Source of the DNA: Acidobacteriota bacterium
GTDB taxonomy: Bacteria > Acidobacteriota > UBA890 > WLXD01
Direction of reading: 5' to 3'
Length of the DNA stretch: 64,000 nt
Assembly: GCA_965248695.1 (NCBI GenBank)
Contig: CBDFKD010000002.1
Location: 4,160,001-4,224,000, forward strand
In this document: positions 1 to 9,442 of the stretch, in pieces
Layout of the letters: every line of letters begins with the position of its first letter
How positions within the stretch are numbered: position 1 is the stretch's first letter
Position numbers and translations under genes: made by a program
The notes under the pieces: model-generated
What the model saw: only the letters and a program-made list of their open reading frames with translations
The model's database searches: none
Told to the model about the DNA's origin: nothing

Positions 1-1
1 G

Positions 2-577
2 TCGGAGATCTACGCATCGACCGACGACGGGAAGCTCAAGCGAGCGATCCTGAGGGGCTACTCGACGTCAGGCGACTCCGAGCGCCTGCTGCAGATCGCA
101 CGCGACGAGACAAACGAGGAGCTGCGCATCGCGGCCATTCGCCAGCTGGCAATGACCGGCGCCGCCGAGGAGGTCTGGACGCTCTATCAAGGCGAGTCGT
201 CGAAGCAGGCAAAGAGGGCAATCCTGCAGTCGATGTTCGTGACCGGCGAAGCGGGTAGGTTGCTCGAGGTGGCCCGAACCGAGCCGGACGACGATCTGCG
301 GCGCGCGGCGATCCAGGGTTTGGCGATGGTCGGTGGCGAGGGGAACGATGATTCTGAGGTAAGCGCGGCGCTGGTCGAGCTGTATGGAACCGAGACCGAT
401 GTCGAGATCCGCGCCGGCACGCTGCAGGCGCTGTGGATGCGCGGCGAGGCCAGCGCCTTGATCGCGCTCTTCGAGCAGGAGCCGGATCGCGATATGCGAC
501 GCCGGATCGTGCAGGCGCTGTCGATGATGGAGTCGGAGGAGGCCATCGAGTTCCTCATCCGCATTATCGAGCAGTGA
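2..577 (+). CDS. HEAT-repeat protein, 5' end outside the window
   Basis: Frame is open from base 2 (SEIYASTDDGKLKRAILRGY...). It has repeated helical units such as LRRAAIQGLAM, IRAGTLQALWM and MRRRIVQALSM. Confidence 0.8.
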   Translation, partial: SEIYASTDDGKLKRAILRGYSTSGDSERLLQIARDETNEELRIAAIRQLAMTGAAEEVWTLYQGESSKQAKRAILQSMFVTGEAGRLLEVARTEPDDDLRRAAIQGLAMVGGEGNDDSEVSAALVELYGTETDVEIRAGTLQALWMRGEASALIALFEQEPDRDMRRRIVQALSMMESEEAIEFLIRIIEQ

Positions 578-1483
578 GACGCACAATCGAAGGAGCCCTG
601 ATCCTGACGGTGCTTCTAATCTGCGCCATGGTTGCCGCCGCGCAGGAGCAAACAGGGCTGCTAGGGACTCGGATACAGCGACGCTCGGCGGCGGATGGAC
701 TCGAGGCTGCCGTGCGGTCGGCGATCGGGGCCGACGAGACTGCCTGGACCGCTTACCAGGTGCCAGCGGCAGACGGCGATCACCACGTTTGTTGCCGCTC
801 CGGTGACCGGTCATTGTCCGGTTGCAGCCTGCGTGATCTCGAGACAGGCAGTTTCTTCGCTCGTGAGGCTCGGCGCGTTCGACTATCCGAGCGGTCACGG
901 GTGTGGGTGCTGATGCGTGCCGAGGCCGAGCGTATTCATCGCCTGCGAATCTTCCCGAGCGATTGTGATCTCGATGCCACCGACCAGGTAGTGGTCATGC
1001 TCACCGACGTGTCGCCGGCTCAGAGCGTGTCGTTCCTCGCGGCGATCGCCGAGCAGCGCGATGGTCCGGCTGCACTGCTGGCGACCGGCGAGGTGAAGCG
1101 GCTGACCACCGAGGCGGTAGGTGCGATCGGCGTGCACGCGGCCCCGGGCGCGATCGATGCGCTTATCCAGATCGGCCGCGGCGACGGACCACAGGCGCGT
1201 TCGCGGCCAGGCGCTGTTCTGGTTGTCGCAGGCAGCCGGCGCGCGTGCCGTGGCGACGCTGGAATCCGTGGTCGAGACCGATCCCGACGTCGAGATCAAG
1301 AAGCAGGCGCTGTTCGCCCTCGGTCAGCTCCCCGCCGACCGCGGTGTGCCTCTGCTGATCCGCATCGCGGGCACCCACGTGAGTCCGGCGGTGCGCAAGC
1401 AGGCGATCTTCTGGCTCGGCCAGTCTGAGTCGCCGGCGGCGTTTGATTTCATCGTCGAGCTACTCGAATCCGCCGAGAGCTGA
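574..1483 (+). pseudogene. Secreted HEAT-repeat protein with an apparent frameshift near 1190 (possibly a sequencing error)
   Basis: GTG at 574 overlaps the upstream TGA and is followed by a signal-peptide-like segment. The protein-like frame switches near 1190 to the frame carrying VRGQALFWLSQ, KKQALFALGQL and RKQAIFWLGQS. Confidence 0.7.
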
Positions 1484-1576
1484 CCGTCGCCGCCGCGGCT
1501 CCAGGCGATGGCCGCAACGAACAACGCCCCGAGACGGCAATGCGTCCCGGGGCGAGTGTCGATGGTACGACTGTGA

Positions 1577-1936
1577 TCAGGCGACGCGGGCGATGTCGAG
1601 GTCGATCTCGCCGTTCTCCTGGTCGAGGCGCTCGCGGATGAGCTTCGGCGTCACGCCAACGTAGTCGCAGACTTCCTCGAACCAGGTGCTGTCGAAGAAA
1701 TCGCGCGGATCGCCATCCTCGGTCATCTGACGCAGCTTCTTGCGATCGTAGCGTGAGGTTCTTGCCTGCTCCTTCATGCGCTGAAGGAATCGGTAGTCAT
1801 GGACGGCCAGCTCGATCATGGAGAGGTACAGCTGCCGGCAGGAATCGACATCGTATTCCTCGATTTCCGCCGACAAGCGACCGAGGATCTCATCGTTATT
1901 CTGGGTGTTGAGAAACTCGGCTGTAATGGTAGCCAT
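1577..1936 (-). CDS. Hypothetical 119-aa protein, divergent from the MerR/B12-type regulator
   Basis: Natural amino-acid composition and codon usage. Contains LAVHDY and FFDSTWFEEVCDYVG segments. Confidence 0.75.
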   Translation of the reverse strand: MATITAEFLNTQNNDEILGRLSAEIEEYDVDSCRQLYLSMIELAVHDYRFLQRMKEQARTSRYDRKKLRQMTEDGDPRDFFDSTWFEEVCDYVGVTPKLIRERLDQENGEIDLDIARVA

Positions 1937-1940
1937 CGTC

Positions 1941-2050
1941 TTTGCTCACTTTTCCAAAGATTGTGCAAACGTGATTTCTTACTTATACAAAGCATCTGCA
2001 GAAGAAAACAAGCCCCGTTGCGCAATTTTTGCACAAGAATTACGCTTGTT
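1941..2050. promoter_or_regulatory. AT-rich divergent promoter/operator region
   Basis: Inverted repeat TTGTGCAAA (1961-1969) / TTTGCACAA (2028-2036). TGCGCAA (2019) and TGCACAA (2030) are 11 bp apart. Confidence 0.5.
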
Positions 2051-2054
2051 CCCG

Positions 2055-2939
2055 ATGAACTACTCAATCAAAGCTGCGGCGATGGCAACGGGCGTCAGCG
2101 AGAGTCGCCTACGGACCTGGGAGCGGCGTTACGGAATCCCTCGTCCAGATCGGTCCGCGAACGGCCAGCGGCAGTTCGACGACAGCGATCTGACGATCAT
2201 CCGACGCATGTCCTCACTCATCCATTCGGGGGTTCGCGCCTCCGATGCGGCCGACGTCGTGCTGACAGAGGGCCCCGGGGACATCCCGGAGCCGGTCACC
2301 CCGAAGCGCGCTCATCCGCTCGTGGATCTTCTGGTGCAGAAGGCGGAGGCACTGGACGGCGAGTGGGTAGCACGGATCGTGCGCGACTCGGTGTTTTCCA
2401 CCGGCTGGGCGCCGACCATGGAACGCGTGGTGTTCCCCTCGCTCAGCCGGCTGACACGTTACTGGGGAGAAGCCAGGACCACACAGGCGCATGTGCGGTT
2501 CACCCACGAGCTGATCCGCTCAGAGATTGCCGCCGAGCTCGTCAGGCTCGGTCAGCCGGATGCCGGCCGTCCAACGGTGATGCTGACGTGCGTGGAAGAC
2601 GACGAATATGACGTCGCGGCGATGTCTCTCGCGCTGCTGCTACGCCTGGTGGAGATCCCGGTCATGTATCTGGGGCGCTCCATCCCGTGCCACGACCTCA
2701 TTCAAGCCGCAAAGCAGGTGAAGCCCCAGGCGGTCTGCATCATCGGCACCCGCCGGGCCAGCCCCGGAGTGCTTAACCGGTGCTCTCGCGCACTGGTGTC
2801 CAGCCGATTGCAGTCGCAATTGTTCGTCGGTGGCTCGGTGCTGACCCGTCGTGACGCGCCGGAGATTCCGGGCATGCATCTGCCGCAATCGTTGATTGCC
2901 GCGGCCGAGCGCATCGAGCAATCGCTCACGCGCGCCTGA
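2055..2939 (+). CDS. MerR-family HTH regulator with a C-terminal cobalamin-binding-like domain (CarH/LitR-like)
   Basis: N-terminal YSIKAAAMATGVSESRLRTWERRYGIPRPDRSANGQRQF, then a helical cap and a Rossmann-like domain (VMYLGRSIP, KPQAVCI, LFVGG). Confidence 0.85.
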   Translation: MNYSIKAAAMATGVSESRLRTWERRYGIPRPDRSANGQRQFDDSDLTIIRRMSSLIHSGVRASDAADVVLTEGPGDIPEPVTPKRAHPLVDLLVQKAEALDGEWVARIVRDSVFSTGWAPTMERVVFPSLSRLTRYWGEARTTQAHVRFTHELIRSEIAAELVRLGQPDAGRPTVMLTCVEDDEYDVAAMSLALLLRLVEIPVMYLGRSIPCHDLIQAAKQVKPQAVCIIGTRRASPGVLNRCSRALVSSRLQSQLFVGGSVLTRRDAPEIPGMHLPQSLIAAAERIEQSLTRA

Positions 2940-2980
2940 AGGCCCCCAGCTTGGTTCGCCGGGCTGCCGATAATCGCGCC

Positions 2981-5395
2981 CTACTGGCTCCCGCCGCGTC
3001 CGGCCGCCGACGGGTGCAATTTCAGCGTCGATATCGTGTTGGCGGCGATCGCCGCTTCGCTCCAGTGGACCGGTCGAAGAACTCCTGCGAGATAGGCCGC
3101 CAGCTGGTCGTCGTAGTGTCGATCTGCCGGGTGCCCCGAGTGACCGGCGGGTAGGATGGCGCGCGAGCGGTCGGGATCGTCGAGGTCGGTCACCCATCGC
3201 ATCGACGGTCCATACGCGACGCTCTGGTTGCCGTTCGACCACCCGCCTCCGAAGGCCGCGATGGTGGTGGCGGAGCCGGGAAGCGGAATCGGCCCGCGGT
3301 TGAACCAGGCGCCGATCAGCGGCGCCGCGCCGGCCGGATTTCGCAGCCAGAGGTGGTGAAGCTCGGCGTAGTCCCAATCGTCGGGTTCTGCCCCCCAACG
3401 CCGCGCACCCTCTTGCCAGGCACGCTCGAGGGCAGCGGACACGATGTCGCGGCGGGTCTCGCGTTCGGGCGTGCCGACGTCGTCGAACCATTCGGGCGAC
3501 AGATCGCCGCGCAGCAGGCGCAGCAGCTGCGCCCGGCCACCGATGCGCCGTAGGCCGTGCGCCCGTGCCTCATCGTCGAACGTTCCGAGCGTCAGCTCGC
3601 GGTCCAAGATGAGGAATAGGGCCCCGGCACCGCCGATCGCCATCGCCCCGTCCCATTCCGCCAGCGCCTGGTATGCGGTGGCCGCGTCGCCGGTGGTGTC
3701 GTCGTCCAGCAATCCCACCAGCTCCAAGGCGTATGAGGAGTAAATGTCGGCTTGCACGGACTGCATGTCGGCGACCGTCCACTGATCGCGCCGCTCGAGC
3801 AGCTCGCGGATTCGCCTGGCGCGGTGCGGAGTATCGAAGTCGGCGGTCATCGGTGTCGCGAGCGACGACTCGGTGCCCGGACGTATGTCGTTGTTCGCGG
3901 TCACGAGGAGGTCGGTGGCGGGACGCAGCCGGGTGGGGTTATCGGCTTGCGGCAGCAGCCCATCCCAGCCGTACTCTCGATTCCAGGCCGGCGCCGGTAG
4001 GCGGCCGTTCCCGGTGCGTCGCGCCGGAATTCGGCCCAGCGCGGTGTACAGGAGCCCACCCTCTCGATCGGCAGCGACGAGATTCTGTGCGGGAGCGGCG
4101 TAAATATCGAGCTGGCCGACAACGTCGTCCACCGAGCTAGCGCGCGCCAATCTCAGGAATGCGGCCGGCGGATCAGCGGCAACGGCTCCAGTCCACGCCA
4201 TGCTGCGTGCCGGCAGCCCGCGCTCGGGGTCGGGCTCCAGCAGGACGCCGAGATCCGAGTAGCGAACGGTCAGCGTCACCGGGCTGCCGCCCGCAACCTC
4301 GATACGTTCTTCGACGATCTCCAGCGGTAGCCGATCGTCGCCCCGTTCGACGCTCGATCCGTCGGCGCTCAGCCGCTCGAAGAAAAGGTCGTGATCGTCG
4401 AGCATGACGTTGGTCAGCGCCCAGGCCAACCGAGGCCCTCGTCCGATGACCACGAAGGGGAACCCGGGCAACGTCATGCCCGCTGCCTCGTAATCCGGCG
4501 AGCGCGCCACCACCTGGTACCAGAAGCCGGGCAAGCTCAACGGCAGGTGCGGGTCGCTCGCAACCAGCGGGCGTCCCGAAGCGGTGCGCGAGCCGCCGAG
4601 CGCCCAGTTGTTGCTGCCTGGGCTGGCGGAAAACGCACTCGCAGCGACACCCGCGACCAGAGGCGCGCTGATCGCCGAGGTCGCGGTCGGCGCCCATTCC
4701 TCACGCGCCAGCGAGAGAATCGACTCGGCGACGTGAAGGTCGGGCTCATCGAGCAGATCGGCGAGGCGCTCGCGACCGTAGGCCCCGATCCACTCGTAGC
4801 GATCTTCCTCGGGACGCCCCTGCCAGAACGACAGCTCGTGCGCCATCTGCAGCTGGAAGTAGATGCTGTCGATCGGCTCCCATGGCTGCGGATCCACGCC
4901 GAGGAGCCAGAGCTCGGGTGGAAGATCGGAGCCGCGCTCGCGCAACCAGGCGTTCACACCGTGTGCGTAGGCCTCCAACAGGGTTCGGGTCTCCGCCGAC
5001 ACCTCTTCCAGGATCGTCGCTGCGTAGCGCTGCATGCCCAGGGAACGGAAGTAGCGATCCGACGGCATCGCCGCCGGTCCGACTACCTCAGCGAGCCGTC
5101 CGGAGGTCAGTCGTCGGCCGAGCTCCAGCTGCACGAGGCGGTCGTTTGCGTGCAGATAGCCCAGGGCGGCCGCCAGATCGGCGGTGCTGTCGGCATTGAC
5201 GTGCGGGACTCCCCAGTCGTTGAAGCGTACGGTCACCGGCGCGGTGAGCCCCGCCAGCTCCACCTCACCTGAGCGCCGCGGTAGGCCGCCACGGGAAATC
5301 CACCAGAAAGCCGCCATGGCGATGATGAGCAGCACCACGGCTGCCAGAAGTGACCGCAGAGCGATACGACGAATCATTCGGCGAGCCTGTGACAC
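2981..5395 (-). CDS. Penicillin acylase family Ntn-hydrolase (peptidase S45)
   Basis: N-terminal TM anchor, WGVPHV, GYLHANDRLVQ, GSNNW beta-chain start, SDPHL, and a C-terminal GHSGHP..HYDDQ. Confidence 0.92.
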   Translation of the reverse strand: MSQARRMIRRIALRSLLAAVVLLIIAMAAFWWISRGGLPRRSGEVELAGLTAPVTVRFNDWGVPHVNADSTADLAAALGYLHANDRLVQLELGRRLTSGRLAEVVGPAAMPSDRYFRSLGMQRYAATILEEVSAETRTLLEAYAHGVNAWLRERGSDLPPELWLLGVDPQPWEPIDSIYFQLQMAHELSFWQGRPEEDRYEWIGAYGRERLADLLDEPDLHVAESILSLAREEWAPTATSAISAPLVAGVAASAFSASPGSNNWALGGSRTASGRPLVASDPHLPLSLPGFWYQVVARSPDYEAAGMTLPGFPFVVIGRGPRLAWALTNVMLDDHDLFFERLSADGSSVERGDDRLPLEIVEERIEVAGGSPVTLTVRYSDLGVLLEPDPERGLPARSMAWTGAVAADPPAAFLRLARASSVDDVVGQLDIYAAPAQNLVAADREGGLLYTALGRIPARRTGNGRLPAPAWNREYGWDGLLPQADNPTRLRPATDLLVTANNDIRPGTESSLATPMTADFDTPHRARRIRELLERRDQWTVADMQSVQADIYSSYALELVGLLDDDTTGDAATAYQALAEWDGAMAIGGAGALFLILDRELTLGTFDDEARAHGLRRIGGRAQLLRLLRGDLSPEWFDDVGTPERETRRDIVSAALERAWQEGARRWGAEPDDWDYAELHHLWLRNPAGAAPLIGAWFNRGPIPLPGSATTIAAFGGGWSNGNQSVAYGPSMRWVTDLDDPDRSRAILPAGHSGHPADRHYDDQLAAYLAGVLRPVHWSEAAIAANTISTLKLHPSAAGRGGSQ

Positions 5396-5439
5396 ACGGG
5401 TGTACAGCGCAAGCGTCCGCGGCGATGGTTACGGCGCGC

Positions 5440-5994
5440 TCAGTCGGCTCGCTGCAGGCTGCTGGCGAACAGCTCCACCTGAGCGGCGATCGCCGCGTAC
5501 TCGGCCTCCGGCGCGCCCCAGCTGATGACGTACGGCATGCCGGCATGCAGAAACAGGAGGCGGCGGACCTTTATCGGCCCGGCAACGCTTGGCCGGATGC
5601 TCAGTGATGCGTGGACCCGCAGGCCGTTGATAGCTTCCCACCTGGCGTTGAGCACGGTGGTGCCGCTGACGGAGTCGACCAGCACTCGGAACAGCTCCTC
5701 CACCAGCTGCCGCTCGGTGGCGGTAGACATATCCGCTGGTAGCCCCGCTTCAGCGTCGCTCTGCACCGTGAAGTGGGGGAAGCCGCTGGGTCCGCCGATG
5801 AAATGCAGCTGCACACCACCGCCCCGGATCCCGGAATCCTGCCAGTCTGAGGGGCGATCGATGACCAGATCGCGATCGGCGAACCGCACCGGTACGGATC
5901 CCGGAGGCAGAGTCCATCCGCCCGGCGCCGCCTGTGGCACGGTTGCGCCGGCGACGGCAAGGACGCTAAACAACAGCAAGACTGCGCGCGTCAT
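5440..5994 (-). CDS. Hypothetical secreted protein
   Basis: Signal peptide MTRAVLLLFSVLAVAGA. Co-oriented directly upstream of the acylase. Confidence 0.65.
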   Translation of the reverse strand: MTRAVLLLFSVLAVAGATVPQAAPGGWTLPPGSVPVRFADRDLVIDRPSDWQDSGIRGGGVQLHFIGGPSGFPHFTVQSDAEAGLPADMSTATERQLVEELFRVLVDSVSGTTVLNARWEAINGLRVHASLSIRPSVAGPIKVRRLLFLHAGMPYVISWGAPEAEYAAIAAQVELFASSLQRAD

Positions 5995-6297
5995 GGTGGG
6001 CCGGGTGGGAAGGGGGAACGTGATCTTGCGTTGATTCTCGCCCCTGTCTCGTCGGCTCGATAGGCGCGGGGGCGCGCTCCTCTCGACCCACCCGGCGATC
6101 GCGGTCGCCGGTGGCCGCCCCCGGCCAGTTGCAGCGAGCCAGTGTGACGATGAACGCCAGAAACAGCCCGATGGCGTCGCCGATGCCTGAGAATCGTCTG
6201 CGGGAGCAACTCCACGTCCGACTTTTGCGAGACTATGGGGCTCTAACGGAGTAATCAGAGAGATTGTCGCTCCCCAGCGACAGGAGGTACGTCGGTG

Positions 6298-7308
6298 ATG
6301 TTTGGTTTGAACCTACGCTCCCGCGGCGTTATGGCGCTGGCGGGACTGTGTGCGGTGATGGGCTTGATGGCGGCGTCGGTGGGCACCGTCCAGGCCGGCG
6401 CTCCGCAGACGGAACAGAAGGTGGCGCCGCAGGTGGAGGAGAAGGTCGCTCCGCAGACGGAAGAGAAGGTCAAGGAAGCCGCCGAGCTACTGCGGGCCCA
6501 CGAGGTCTACACCGAGCATCTGCAGAATGCCGTGCACGACGCGCGGCGGGCTGCGGAGGCCGGGCGCCATCAGCTGGTGGAGCAGCTTGCGCAGGCCAGG
6601 GCGCACTGGAACGAGGCCCGGCGTCACGGTCTCGAGTCCACGTACAAGGGTCTGCAAGAGCGCCGCGAGCGGGCGCACAACGGCATGCAGGAACGCCGCG
6701 AGCGCCTGCGTGTCGCGCCGCGCATCGCGCTTCGCCGCCATTGTTCCCGCGGCGGCAGTATCGCCGAGCGTGTCCTCGACATGTCCGAGGATCTGGAGCT
6801 CACCGAGCAGCAGCGGGACGAGATCCGCGAGTTGCGGCGTCAGGACCGGCGGGCCTCGATCGAACGTGACGCTGCCATCGAAGTGGCCGACCTGGATCTC
6901 GAGGAGTTAATGGAGGACCGGCATACCGCCGATTTGGGCGCCGTCGAGCAGCAGATGCAGCGGATTGGCAACTTGCGTGTGGCCAGCCGCATCGCCGATC
7001 TGCGCTTGTCGCAGCAGGTGTGGGGAATGCTGACTGCGGAGCAACGTGAGCAGTTCCAGGACGAGCGCCACAACGTCTTCATGCTGCGCGGTGACGGTCC
7101 GTTCAGCTGGTCGTCTTCGTCGGGCGACAACTTCGTCTTCGATCTCGATGCCGATGACTTCATGCCTGATGAGTGGATGGATGACTTCGACTTCGATTTC
7201 GAGTTCGGACCGGGCGACGCGCCGTTCGGTGTGTGGCGCTTCCGCGATCGGATGCACGAGGACGACGAGGTGCACGAGGAGGAGCAGGAGGGCGAGGTAA
7301 AGACGTGA
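6298..7308 (+). CDS. Spy/CpxP-like (LTxxQ) periplasmic helical protein with acidic tail
   Basis: AGGAGG RBS, signal peptide, and LELTEQQRDEIR and MLTAEQREQF motifs. Confidence 0.75.
   Translation: MFGLNLRSRGVMALAGLCAVMGLMAASVGTVQAGAPQTEQKVAPQVEEKVAPQTEEKVKEAAELLRAHEVYTEHLQNAVHDARRAAEAGRHQLVEQLAQARAHWNEARRHGLESTYKGLQERRERAHNGMQERRERLRVAPRIALRRHCSRGGSIAERVLDMSEDLELTEQQRDEIRELRRQDRRASIERDAAIEVADLDLEELMEDRHTADLGAVEQQMQRIGNLRVASRIADLRLSQQVWGMLTAEQREQFQDERHNVFMLRGDGPFSWSSSSGDNFVFDLDADDFMPDEWMDDFDFDFEFGPGDAPFGVWRFRDRMHEDDEVHEEEQEGEVKT
6400..6471 (+). repeat. 3 x 24-bp coding tandem repeat (APQxExKV)
   Basis: gctccgcagacggaacagaaggtg / gcgccgcaggtggaggagaaggtc / gctccgcagacggaagagaaggtc. Confidence 0.8.
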
Positions 7309-7599
7309 TCCAGCGCCCCTCTGCGGGTACGAGTAGCCGGAGCGTCGCACCACCCGTGCTGTTCTGATCCCGACGACGACCTGAGCGACGCCACGTCGCG
7401 GACGGCCTGGACCGGAAGAACTCCTCCCTCGGTCCGGGCCGTTGTCTGTCCGTGGCTGATTCAACGCCTGGCGGCCGCCGGGGTCCGGAGCGCCTACGCC
7501 TGATTCATGTGTGGTTGGCGCGATTTACAGCGGCCGGTATGTCGCCGCCGAGGTGGCATCGGACCACGACCGGGCGCGGCGCGGTGTATACGGGGTCGC

Positions 7600-8919
7600 A
7601 TGACGTCCCCGCCGATCTCGCTGAGGCGCCGTTTCTTTCGGCTCGCCATTCCCAACATCCTCTCCAACGTCACGGTGCCGTTGGTAGGCCTGGTCGACAC
7701 AGCCCTCCTTGGCCACTTGCCGAATATCAACTATCTCGCCGGGGTGGCGCTCGGGGCCGTGATCTTCGACTATTCCTACTGGTCGTTCGGGTTCCTGCGC
7801 ATGGGTACTACCGGAACGACGGCACAGGCCGTAGGGCGTGGCGATCAGCGCGAGATCTACCACATCCTTTACCGGGCGCTGGCAGTCGCCCTTGCCGTCG
7901 CTGTCGTGCTCCTGCTGGCGCGCCATCTGATTCGCGACATCGGGTTTGCCGTGCTGTCGGGCTCACCGGGCGTGGAACAGGCCGGTGCCGGGTACTTCAA
8001 CGCTCGCATTTGGGGCGCGCCGGCCACCCTGAGCAACTATGTGTTGCTCGGCTGGCTTCTGGGGCGGGAACGGGCCCGCGAGGCACTCCTGATCGTCGTG
8101 CTCGGCAACCTGGCGAACCTGGCACTCGACTACGTTTTCATCATGCATTTCGGTTGGGCGGCCTGGGGGGCCGGCGCGGCGACCGCTCTGAGCCAGTACG
8201 CCATGCTGGCGATCGGAGTGGTGTGCGTCTGCCGCCTTGGCAAGCTCGAGCCCTTTGTCGTGGCCGAGCTGCTCGATCGCGATCGCCTCACCGAGCTGTT
8301 CCGGCTGAATCGCGACATCCTGGTACGCACGCTGGCGCTGATGACCACGTTCGCCCTGTTCACCAATTTCAGCGCCCTCATCGGAACGACGGTCCTGGCC
8401 GCCAACGCCATCCTCCAGCGGTTGCAGCTATTAGCCGCCTACCTGATCGACGGAGCGGCCTTCGCCACCGAGAGTCTCGCCGGCATCTACTATGGTCAGC
8501 GCGACCTCGACCAGCTGCGGCGTGTTCTGCGGCTCGCCATGATCACCGGCATGGCATTTGCCGTTCCGGTAGTGGCGGCATTGCTGCTGGCGCCGGAGAC
8601 GATCCTCGGCCTCATGACGTCGCACGTGGCGGTCATCGAGACGGCCCGCCAGTATGCGCCCTGGATGGCGCCGGCGCTGCTGTTCGGATCGATCGCCTAC
8701 ATCTACGATGGCTTCTTCATCGGCATAACGGAGGGCCGCGTGCTCCGCAACCAGATGGCCATCAGCTTCCTGTTGTTCTTGCCGATCGCCTGGCTGGCCG
8801 TGCGACGCGGCGACAACCACCTGCTGTGGATCGCCATGGTGATCTTCATGGTCGGGCGCGTGGTGACGATGAAAGTGGGGGAGCGCCGGGTTCTCGGTCG
8901 GATGGAGGTTCCGCGGTGA
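7600..8919 (+). CDS. dinF: MATE family efflux transporter (DinF-like)
   Basis: LAIPNILSNVTVPLVGLVDTALLGHL and FLRMGTTGTTAQA motifs, about 12 hydrophobic segments. Confidence 0.9.
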   Translation: MTSPPISLRRRFFRLAIPNILSNVTVPLVGLVDTALLGHLPNINYLAGVALGAVIFDYSYWSFGFLRMGTTGTTAQAVGRGDQREIYHILYRALAVALAVAVVLLLARHLIRDIGFAVLSGSPGVEQAGAGYFNARIWGAPATLSNYVLLGWLLGRERAREALLIVVLGNLANLALDYVFIMHFGWAAWGAGAATALSQYAMLAIGVVCVCRLGKLEPFVVAELLDRDRLTELFRLNRDILVRTLALMTTFALFTNFSALIGTTVLAANAILQRLQLLAAYLIDGAAFATESLAGIYYGQRDLDQLRRVLRLAMITGMAFAVPVVAALLLAPETILGLMTSHVAVIETARQYAPWMAPALLFGSIAYIYDGFFIGITEGRVLRNQMAISFLLFLPIAWLAVRRGDNHLLWIAMVIFMVGRVVTMKVGERRVLGRMEVPR

Positions 8920-9392
8920 TCACCACGCGCGACAACCTTCAGGTGGCGCTGGTTGAGCCTGAGATCCACGGCAATACCGGAAACGCCGGGCGCACGTGTC
9001 TGGCCGTCGGGGCCCAGCTGCACCTCGTCGAGCCGCTCGGGTTCGAGGTCGACGACGCCCGCGTGCGGCGGGCTGGCCTCGACTACTGGCCCCGCGTGGC
9101 GCCGCGGACGTGGGGCAGCTGGCCGGGGCTGGAGCAGCGGCTGCCCGAGATGGGGCACGCGTATTTCTTCTCGGCCGAGGCCGAGCGCGAGTACTGGGAC
9201 GCAGACTATCGCCGACCGGTGACTCTGATCTTCGGGCGCGAGTCCGTCGGCCTGCCCGAGGCTGTGCGGGCTCGTTACCAGGATCGTTTGCTGCGTTTCC
9301 CGATCGACGATGCGGGAGTGCGATCGCTGAACCTCGCGAACTGCGTGGCGCTGGCATGCTTCGAGGTACTGCGTCAGCGTCGAGGCGACTGA
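8916..9392 (+). CDS. trmL: tRNA (cytidine/uridine-34 2'-O)-methyltransferase, SpoU family
   Basis: GTGA overlap with the MATE stop. Motifs LVEPEIHGNTGNAGRTC, RRAGLDYW, IFGRESVGLP, RSLNLAN. Confidence 0.92.
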   Translation: MITTRDNLQVALVEPEIHGNTGNAGRTCLAVGAQLHLVEPLGFEVDDARVRRAGLDYWPRVAPRTWGSWPGLEQRLPEMGHAYFFSAEAEREYWDADYRRPVTLIFGRESVGLPEAVRARYQDRLLRFPIDDAGVRSLNLANCVALACFEVLRQRRGD

Positions 9393-9442
9393 GGTTGAGG
9401 CGTCGTTACCCCGGTCGTAGTGATTGTTCCCGTTGAGCGCAG

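Noticed and set aside
7452-9392. 646-aa ORF as an extended TrmL
   Set aside because: The first ~490 aa are an alternate frame of the MATE gene. TrmL starts at the GTG at 8916.
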